This document shows, one piece after another, positions 27,846 through 35,257 of a stretch of DNA of 64,000 bases. The DNA comes from a virus. Made by a program: the position numbers and the translations under genes. The notes under the pieces were generated by a model. The model was given only the letters and a program-made list of their open reading frames with translations, ran no database searches and was not told where the DNA came from. The stretch lies in the IMG/VR virus record IMGVR_UViG_3300015370_000011, positions 32,001 through 96,000 of that record, one strand, 5' to 3'. Position 1 is the stretch's first letter. Every line of letters begins with the position of its first letter.

Positions 27846-28180
27846 TCAAAAAAATTTGGAAATGGCTTGTAAGTAACATAAAACTTGTCATGGTGATTGC
27901 CTGTCTTGTAATGATTATAATTGTTGGAATTATGATAGGCAGCAAGAACAAACTTATTAGAAGTCTTGAACAAAAACTTTCTATATTGCAAGCAAAAATA
28001 AAAATAGAAAAACTGCAAATACAGTATGATATGACTATGGACGAGATAAACAAGAAAAAAGAAGAGGATGTTGTACTAAGAAAAGAAATTGAAAATATTG
28101 AAGAACAGCTATCCAAACGATTAGAGGGCGAGTTGTCTGCGGAAGAAATCGCCAACAAGTTCAGGGAGATTGGGCTGTGA
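27836..28180 (+). CDS. Membrane-anchored coiled-coil protein (spanin/lysis-like)
   Basis: Single N-terminal TM (LVMVIACLVMIIIVGIMIG) followed by coiled coil. Confidence 0.55.
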   Translation: MAVIKKIWKWLVSNIKLVMVIACLVMIIIVGIMIGSKNKLIRSLEQKLSILQAKIKIEKLQIQYDMTMDEINKKKEEDVVLRKEIENIEEQLSKRLEGELSAEEIANKFREIGL

Positions 28181-28575
28181 AATATTTGTGTATATTGTTC
28201 CTTCTTGCGTTTTCACAAAGCGCCGTAGCGGATGCAGATATTAGGCCGATAGAGATTGACGGAAAACCATTCGTAGCATTTGATCGTGAATCCGCACAAA
28301 AGTTACTCCAGATGCGAATAGACTTCCCATTACAAGAACTTAAACTTCAAAAGCTAGCAGAGTTAGTGACTAATTATTCGCAAGAACTCGTGTTATCCGA
28401 TAGGGCACTTTCTATTGCGAATGAGCAAAATACAACGCTATTAGAATCGAATTCAAATTTACAGGATAGAATAAATTCTTTAGATTCGTGGTGGCGCAGC
28501 CCCTGGTTGTGGGTATGCGTCGGTATTGTCGTTGGAACGGCAACAACCATAGCAGTAACGTATGCGGTGAATTGA
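28177..28575 (+). CDS. Secreted coiled-coil protein with C-terminal TM (spanin-like partner)
   Basis: Signal peptide ...SAVA|DAD, heptad repeats, C-terminal WLWVCVGIVVGTATTIAV. Confidence 0.55.
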   Translation: MKYLCILFLLAFSQSAVADADIRPIEIDGKPFVAFDRESAQKLLQMRIDFPLQELKLQKLAELVTNYSQELVLSDRALSIANEQNTTLLESNSNLQDRINSLDSWWRSPWLWVCVGIVVGTATTIAVTYAVN

Positions 28576-28576
28576 T

Positions 28577-29314
28577 ATGCGTGGAGTGATTTTAGCGGGT
28601 GGTACTGGCAGCAGGCTAGCGCCCCTAAATTACATAAATAAGCATCTGTTACCCATTGGTCGAAAGCCGATGATTCAATACGCTGTAGAAAAATTGACGG
28701 CATCTGGTATTGATCATATTCTGGTAGTTACTGGTAAGGAGCATGCAGGCACAATAATCAACTATTTGGGATCTGGGGACGCATTTGGTTGCACATTTAC
28801 ATATCGCGTACAGGACGCAGCCGGAGGTATTGCCCAGGCCCTTGGTCTTGCTAAAGACTTTTGCTCTAATGATTTGTTCTGTGTTGTTCTTGGAGATAAC
28901 ATATTCACAGAATCATTAGAGAAACACGTAAAAGCGTTTGAATTGCAGGGATCTGGGGCAAAGATTGTATTAAAGGACGACGCAGAATTGCAGCGTTTCG
29001 GTGTTGCTGCGCTGGATCGTTTTGGAAATCTTGTTAATCTTTTAGAAAAACCTACTCGATCAGAGTTGGATAATATACAGGCCAACTTCGAGGGCCACAG
29101 GTTCTATATAATTACAGGAATTTATTTTTACGACCCATCCGTTTTCGAGGTTATTCCCACATTAGAACCATCTACCCGAGGCGAGCTAGAGATCACTGAT
29201 GTAAATAGGGCGTACCTATTACAGGGCAATCTAACCTACTCTTTTATGCGTGGAGGTTGGACGGATGCCGGAACACATGAGAGCATGGAAAGAGCACAAG
29301 AGATGGTGCGCTGA
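28577..29314 (+). CDS. rmlA: Sugar-phosphate nucleotidyltransferase (glucose-1-phosphate thymidylyltransferase, RmlA/SpsI-like)
   Basis: GVILAGGTGSRL.P, NKHLLPI, VLGDNIF, EKP, PSTRGELEITDVN, WTDAGTHES. Confidence 0.93.
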   Translation: MRGVILAGGTGSRLAPLNYINKHLLPIGRKPMIQYAVEKLTASGIDHILVVTGKEHAGTIINYLGSGDAFGCTFTYRVQDAAGGIAQALGLAKDFCSNDLFCVVLGDNIFTESLEKHVKAFELQGSGAKIVLKDDAELQRFGVAALDRFGNLVNLLEKPTRSELDNIQANFEGHRFYIITGIYFYDPSVFEVIPTLEPSTRGELEITDVNRAYLLQGNLTYSFMRGGWTDAGTHESMERAQEMVR

Positions 29315-29886
29315 TGTACGTTTATAGAAAAAGATCCGATAAGAAGGTATCTTTAGCTAGAAACAAAGTTAGGGAATATAAAGAAGAGCGGATATGTCCC
29401 GGATGCAGGGGAACGCTGGAGTTATCTGAGACAGGGAAAGACCGGGCAACGTATGTGTGTAGTAAGTGTAACGCGATTTGTACGTTTACTTCATATCCAG
29501 AAAAACAAAATAAAGATACTAAACTTGGTCTGATTACACTCCGCGATAAAAGTCCCACACTGGAGAAATCGAATTCTGTAGGGAATAATAATTCTGTACA
29601 GAATATTGAGGAAGAACTAGAAATTATAAGAAAGGCTATGAAGGATTTGCGGTTATTAATGTTCGATTACCTGGATCGAGTTAAACGGAAGAGTACCAGG
29701 ACCATAGAACCGTATAAGCTTACCGTGGACGGAAGTGGAAACCCAATACTGTTTGGATATTGTTCCGAAGCAGAATCAATTAGAATGTTTAAAATTCGTA
29801 GAATGGCAAATATTTCTATTCAAGAGTTTTCATTTATTCCTAGATGGGAAATCCTGGATAAAATTGATGGCAAAAAGAAAGATTAG
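29314..29886 (+). CDS. Zinc-ribbon + WYL-domain protein
   Basis: CPGC...CSKC; C-terminal FDY.D......RTIEPYKL.......LFGYC......RMFKIRRM matches the WYL pattern. Confidence 0.8.
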   Translation: MYVYRKRSDKKVSLARNKVREYKEERICPGCRGTLELSETGKDRATYVCSKCNAICTFTSYPEKQNKDTKLGLITLRDKSPTLEKSNSVGNNNSVQNIEEELEIIRKAMKDLRLLMFDYLDRVKRKSTRTIEPYKLTVDGSGNPILFGYCSEAESIRMFKIRRMANISIQEFSFIPRWEILDKIDGKKKD

Positions 29887-31822
29887 AACGAATGTGCCCA
29901 TTGGGTCTACCATGGATGAGGCACAAGAGATAAAACTTTTTGGTGGATTACAGGAATTATTAGAAGGCAAACCAAAAATAAAACCAAGAAGTACGGGACG
30001 GGTACAATTAGAAAAAGCCCCTAACGCGATTATCTTTATAGAATCAGATAAGTTTTTGGCGGGACCAACGCTGCACGATCCACAGTATGAAGTTGTTCGT
30101 GATTTTTTTGAGCTACTGTGTCCGGTGTGTAATGATATTGATAGTATACGCAAATATCATAATGTTCCCAGAGAAGATCAAATTTTATTTGAATATGATA
30201 TGTGCCCTAAATGCGGATCTGCCAAAGAAGCTTTTGCATCTGAATTAAATCATCCTAACGAATTAATCGGTGTAGTCGGGATGCGCGGAGGTAAATCCGT
30301 TGTTGTCGCGTGTATGTCTGCGTACATGATTCATGAACTCGTATGCACAGATAATCTACAGGAACGCCTTGGCCTGGTTAGAACACAGGAAATAGATGGC
30401 GCATTTGTGGCTGCATCCGGGGAACAGGCAACTGAAACTATCTATGGTCATTTTCGTGGTTTTTATGATAGCTCGCCATGGTTTCAAGATTATAAAAAGA
30501 AGCTAATGGATTTAGAAATATTGGATCCAGAACTAAGAAGAGGGGATTTATATCGAGATTCCGATTTGATTATTCATTTTAGGGATAAACACATTCGTAT
30601 TCGATCCATGACATCAAACTCTGGATCCATCGCGGGTCGCACACGAATATTTGCTGTTATAGATGAGCTTAGCCGCCTGGATGCAGGGGAAAGCAAACGA
30701 AGCGCTATTGAAGTCTATCGCGTTCTTAAGCGGTCGCTGATTACTATAAAATCGGCTGTAGATACGCTAAGATCACAAGGAGATTTTTCTATTCCTGATG
30801 CACGGATCTTTTGTATTTCATCACCGATGTTTCAGGATGATCTGTCGATGCAACTGCTAAAAGAAGCGAAAGACAATGATAAAAGATTTGCATTTCATCG
30901 CACAACCTGGGAGTTTAATCCATCCATCAAACGCGAACATTTAGCAGAAGAATTCGAAACCGATCCAGTTGGGGCAGAGCGTGACTATGCGGCCAATCCT
31001 CCCGGAGCCGAAAACCCGTTTGTCAAAAACCCGAATATTATAGAAACATGTATTGACAGAGAACGCAATTCAATTTTTACTACTAGAGAAGTCTTCTTCG
31101 AACAAGAAATAAATGATATAAAATTTTACTATCTAAAGAGCGCCCTTGAACATGTACGCTATGCAAACTTGATTGATTATGTTATACACTGTGATCCTGG
31201 ACAGAGCGGGGATAGCTTTTGTTTAGCTATAGGACACATCAATGATGATGTAGTAATAATAGACGGGGCGATTGAAGTCAGACCGATTAGAAAGAATAAC
31301 ATAGAAAAAATGCAGCCGAGGGATGTGTATTTTCCTGCAATGAAAGATTTGATCATAGAATTAAGCAAGAAAATATCTGTTAGATATATTTCATATGATC
31401 GATGGAACTCCACGGAACAAATACAAGAATTGAGAAACAATCGAATATTAGCGTTTCAGAAAAACATAACTAGGGATGATCATATCCGATTTTTGAATAC
31501 TATGATGGCACGACAAGTTAGTTTTCCTATGCGGGAAGATAACATGGTAGATCCAACTAGGTATAGGAATATGCCTTGCGCCAAAGCGCTGCATGAGCTA
31601 CAGCGACTAAATGACAATGGAGTAAAGGTGGACCATCCTCCCAATGGATCTAACGATGTTATTCAATGCTACGTGGGGGTACATCGGTTGTTACTGCACC
31701 CAGAAGAGGTTATCTCCCTACATGATTTAAAGAAGAATACTAGAGCAGCAAATATCTTCCGTAAGCAGGGCAGAAAAATAGGAAGAGTGATAAAACTTTC
31801 ACCACGCGGTGCACCACGGTAA
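29867..31822 (+). CDS. terL: Terminase large subunit
   Basis: Walker A VGMRGGKS, AASGEQA, Walker B FAVIDE, CISSP, TWEFNP, nuclease IHCDPG..DSF, YDRWNS, KVDHPPNGSND; start taken at MAKRK. Confidence 0.9.
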   Translation: MAKRKIRTNVPIGSTMDEAQEIKLFGGLQELLEGKPKIKPRSTGRVQLEKAPNAIIFIESDKFLAGPTLHDPQYEVVRDFFELLCPVCNDIDSIRKYHNVPREDQILFEYDMCPKCGSAKEAFASELNHPNELIGVVGMRGGKSVVVACMSAYMIHELVCTDNLQERLGLVRTQEIDGAFVAASGEQATETIYGHFRGFYDSSPWFQDYKKKLMDLEILDPELRRGDLYRDSDLIIHFRDKHIRIRSMTSNSGSIAGRTRIFAVIDELSRLDAGESKRSAIEVYRVLKRSLITIKSAVDTLRSQGDFSIPDARIFCISSPMFQDDLSMQLLKEAKDNDKRFAFHRTTWEFNPSIKREHLAEEFETDPVGAERDYAANPPGAENPFVKNPNIIETCIDRERNSIFTTREVFFEQEINDIKFYYLKSALEHVRYANLIDYVIHCDPGQSGDSFCLAIGHINDDVVIIDGAIEVRPIRKNNIEKMQPRDVYFPAMKDLIIELSKKISVRYISYDRWNSTEQIQELRNNRILAFQKNITRDDHIRFLNTMMARQVSFPMREDNMVDPTRYRNMPCAKALHELQRLNDNGVKVDHPPNGSNDVIQCYVGVHRLLLHPEEVISLHDLKKNTRAANIFRKQGRKIGRVIKLSPRGAPR

Positions 31823-31906
31823 TACACTACGAGAGTTAAATGCATAAATACTTCTACATGTATAGTAGGCGAAGATGCGGGAAAGTATACGCAAAGGAGA
31901 CTAAGA

Positions 31907-32335
31907 ATGTTTAAGATTCAAAACATCGCACCGGGAAACGTACCTTTAATGCTAGAAAATAAAGGTAGTATTGTTCTAATGAGCGGACAGTATCTCGATC
32001 TTGATCTGCATTGTTCGAGAGCTTGGATAAAGACTAACCATGATCTAAAGGTTTTTATTTCGACTGGTACGTTTCGGCTTGTACACGATTCCGTAAACGA
32101 CGTAATACCGTCGCAACCAATTAAACCCATTTTAAGGACTGTGCCTAAAGAGCCGGTGGTTACGCCCAAAAAAAATAAAAAGGAAAAAAAGAAAATCAAA
32201 CCAGAGATTATAGATTTAAGCGCTAAGGCAGATCCAACAGAGGATGAATTTGTTATTGAAGCGGTACTGGAGGATGTAGAGATCAGGTTTGAGGATCCTG
32301 TTGAGCAAGCTATCTTGGAAAGTTTAGATGAGTAA
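31907..32335 (+). CDS. Hypothetical protein
   Basis: AAGGAG RBS, 142 aa; N-terminal segment resembles 45118..45735. Confidence 0.65.
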   Translation: MFKIQNIAPGNVPLMLENKGSIVLMSGQYLDLDLHCSRAWIKTNHDLKVFISTGTFRLVHDSVNDVIPSQPIKPILRTVPKEPVVTPKKNKKEKKKIKPEIIDLSAKADPTEDEFVIEAVLEDVEIRFEDPVEQAILESLDE

Positions 32336-33590
32336 TTTATTCGCTATCAAGAATCTGCCTAGAACACGGCAGGATAACTACTATAAGACTAAAACAAAAC
32401 GTAGAATGAGGAATCCTAACGTGAAAGATCTAAAATCGTATCCTAGAAAGATGGTAGAAAAACCACACGATCCAAAAGCATCGTTTCATTTGAATAAAGT
32501 TATAGACGAATTAAAAGAATATACAGATGAGTTTCTACCTGCGTGGAAGAAGCGATCTGAGGATACGCACCTGCAAGATTCTGTACAACAATGGATGGAA
32601 TACCATTATGATGAGTACGGTACCGCTACTGAGCTTGCTGAAAACGCCGCCTGGGAATTCGATAAAGATTATTGGTTAGATGATGAGACTCATTGGGTTT
32701 GGGATTTGGCTCTCGAACATTTTGATGAGCCCCTTATGCGTATTCCACCGTGTATGGGACAGGATAAGGATGCTGCTGGGGTTAAGCCCTGTGATGTGCA
32801 TAGGATGAAAAAGCGAGTACGAGTAGAGGAAGATGAAGATGAGGATGAATATAAGGACATGGATGATTTAGAGCTGATAAAGCATCTGTTCGAAAAAGGA
32901 GAATATGAGAAATTAGATAGGCTCTTCTTTGATAAGTTCACTGCGGCAGGATCTCGTAAGGTAATTGCACAGCGTCTGGATGAAGAGAAAAGAAAATTAG
33001 AAACATATATAGAAGCACAGCCGCTACCGGAGGAACAAAAGAGCGGGTGGCTTCAATCTATCAGAAATGCGTTTGATTTTACTGAATTAAAAGAAATTTG
33101 GGATCAGTTATTCGGTAGGGTCGAAGAAGTTCCTCAACCTACGGAACAGCGCTGGGAGGATACATCTCCAGAAGACTATGGAATGATTGAACTTAGCACA
33201 CTAAAAAAGAAAGTAGTCTTTGATAATGACACTATTTTTACCGTAGACACCGCCGATACATACGCAAAAAGAGCTACGGGGTTAGAGGCGTATGATACTC
33301 TGGATGATAATTCCGGAATGTTATTTCCGTTTGATCCACCCGATCATGCGATTTTTCATATGGGAAGAGTAAAGTATCCAATAGATATCCTGTTTATGAT
33401 GAAAGACGAACTGGGAGAAGGATTAAAGGTAGCAAAAATCATACACGAAGTACAACCCGGCTCATACGATCAATGGTCTAACGCAAATACAGATTGCGTG
33501 TTAGAAGTTTCGGGTGGGCTGTGTAAGAAGCACGGGATAGATATAGGGTCTACATGTAGGGTACTAGAAGAGGTAAAAAATGAAACATAA
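32328..33590 (+). CDS. Acidic protein with C-terminal DUF192-like domain
   Basis: ADT...RATGL......DNSGMLF.F.......HM..VKYPIDILF...VLEVSGG.....GI.IG. Confidence 0.75.
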   Translation: MSNLFAIKNLPRTRQDNYYKTKTKRRMRNPNVKDLKSYPRKMVEKPHDPKASFHLNKVIDELKEYTDEFLPAWKKRSEDTHLQDSVQQWMEYHYDEYGTATELAENAAWEFDKDYWLDDETHWVWDLALEHFDEPLMRIPPCMGQDKDAAGVKPCDVHRMKKRVRVEEDEDEDEYKDMDDLELIKHLFEKGEYEKLDRLFFDKFTAAGSRKVIAQRLDEEKRKLETYIEAQPLPEEQKSGWLQSIRNAFDFTELKEIWDQLFGRVEEVPQPTEQRWEDTSPEDYGMIELSTLKKKVVFDNDTIFTVDTADTYAKRATGLEAYDTLDDNSGMLFPFDPPDHAIFHMGRVKYPIDILFMMKDELGEGLKVAKIIHEVQPGSYDQWSNANTDCVLEVSGGLCKKHGIDIGSTCRVLEEVKNET

Positions 33591-34815
33591 GATGCTAATA
33601 GCGGATTCTGATTTCGTAAAATGTTTAGCGGATTCTGCAAAGCAGCCCGGGGTACGAGTAATTATTGCAGAAGATAGTACCTCTGATTTAAAAGACGAGG
33701 CGAGACAAACAGCGGTAGCGTATTGGATGGCTGGGTACAACTGGAACGAGATCGAAGCGGTACTGGAGGATTCTGAGTACGCCGACCATATTGTCAGTTA
33801 CGCTGTAAATAAAGCTAAAGAATACGCCAAAGAAATGTTAAAAGATGGTCCGTTTTCTATATTTGATGATGGGCAAAAGGTAAAGTTGTCCAACGGTGCT
33901 TTTGGAATACTTACGGATAAGCGAGAAGACTATGTTTCGGTAAAAACGGCAACTGACGGGGTACTGCAGGTTGTAGAAACACAAATTGATAAAGAAGCAA
34001 GCTTGTTACTGCGCAAGGCATATAAGTTACGGAAAGAAGCGGAAAAAATTATGGTTGCGCAAGAGGATCCTGCAACTAAGGAGTTCAAGACATATATAAA
34101 AGAGAAAGCCCCATCTGGATACGGCGAACAAACTCCGTTTTTTCAACAAACACCTAGTGTAGAAACAGTTCTTCCAGAAACGATTACTAGGGAATTAGCA
34201 AGATTAGAAGCCATGGAGGCGCGAGTTGCAGACCTGGCCAGGGAAAAAGAAGAATATCAAAAATTGGCAAAGGATATACATGAAGAAATAAAAACAGTTG
34301 ACGATGAAAAGGCAGATATTGCGCAACGACTATTTGGGGAAATATCTGAAGAGTTAGAAATACTTGAGGATATCGGGTTTAGCGTGTTTATGCGAACTAA
34401 GGACAAATTCCTATTGTTAGATCGGGTGCTGACTCAACGGAGTATTCCACCCGATGCTCTCAAAAAGTTAGATGCGGTTACGACATTCTTGAAAAATAAA
34501 TATCCAGAAATAATATCTGAAGTTGATTCTTTATTGGATGCATTTGAGCAAGAAAATACAGTAATCAAGAGCCATGTACGAGAGATGCTTGCATTGTATC
34601 CACCATCGCATAAAAAATTAAAGAGTACAGCACAACTATCAAAAGTAAAAGATTGGATAGTGCAGCGCTGGCTATCTGTAAAATCCTGGATTGAAAATTG
34701 GCAGACTAAGTTGAAGCCAGAACTGGATTCTGGTTTAAATGCAATTGACGATTTTGCTAATTCTGTAACGTCGAGTGCTATTGCCTCTCGCGTTTTAGAA
34801 AAAAGCAAAGTATAA
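33580..34815 (+). CDS. Hypothetical coiled-coil protein, possible head-internal protein
   Basis: 411 aa, GAGG RBS, central coiled coil. Confidence 0.65.
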   Translation: MKHKMLIADSDFVKCLADSAKQPGVRVIIAEDSTSDLKDEARQTAVAYWMAGYNWNEIEAVLEDSEYADHIVSYAVNKAKEYAKEMLKDGPFSIFDDGQKVKLSNGAFGILTDKREDYVSVKTATDGVLQVVETQIDKEASLLLRKAYKLRKEAEKIMVAQEDPATKEFKTYIKEKAPSGYGEQTPFFQQTPSVETVLPETITRELARLEAMEARVADLAREKEEYQKLAKDIHEEIKTVDDEKADIAQRLFGEISEELEILEDIGFSVFMRTKDKFLLLDRVLTQRSIPPDALKKLDAVTTFLKNKYPEIISEVDSLLDAFEQENTVIKSHVREMLALYPPSHKKLKSTAQLSKVKDWIVQRWLSVKSWIENWQTKLKPELDSGLNAIDDFANSVTSSAIASRVLEKSKV

Positions 34816-34827
34816 TAGGGGTGAAGC

Positions 34828-35079
34828 ATGTTTTTGTACTATGATCGAATTTCTCAGGTCTTTACATTAGAAACAGAAGAGGAAGTCGTTTTCCTTGGAC
34901 CAATAACACATGCACAGGTCAAATTACGAAATGAATATGGGTTAACCGCCTCTCAGGCCAGAGAGGCCGTATTACAGGCCATATTTAACATGGGGATGGA
35001 GGTAGACTTAGATGCCATCAAACGAGTTGCAACAAGAGACAGTAGATTCTACTGTTGTGCAAATAGCAACGCAGAGTAA
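34828..35079 (+). CDS. Hypothetical protein
   Basis: 83-aa ORF with GGGGTG RBS-like element. Confidence 0.55.
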   Translation: MFLYYDRISQVFTLETEEEVVFLGPITHAQVKLRNEYGLTASQAREAVLQAIFNMGMEVDLDAIKRVATRDSRFYCCANSNAE

Positions 35080-35257
35080 ACAACCAAAAGGTGTGATCAA
35101 TCCTCCTTGTAGATTATCACATTTAGTAGTATTCGAAAATGATATCTGTCCGTTTTCTAATGAGAAAAGCTGCAAAACGTGCATTAGCACTCCAGATGAT
35201 TTAATGTACATTATGCTGCTTAGTGAAATGACATCTCATTCGGTTGGAATAGCATAA
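35012..35257 (+). CDS. Small Cys-containing hypothetical protein (true start uncertain)
   Basis: Stop overlaps portal ATG (TAATG); CPF...CKTC. Confidence 0.4.
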   Translation: MPSNELQQETVDSTVVQIATQSKQPKGVINPPCRLSHLVVFENDICPFSNEKSCKTCISTPDDLMYIMLLSEMTSHSVGIA

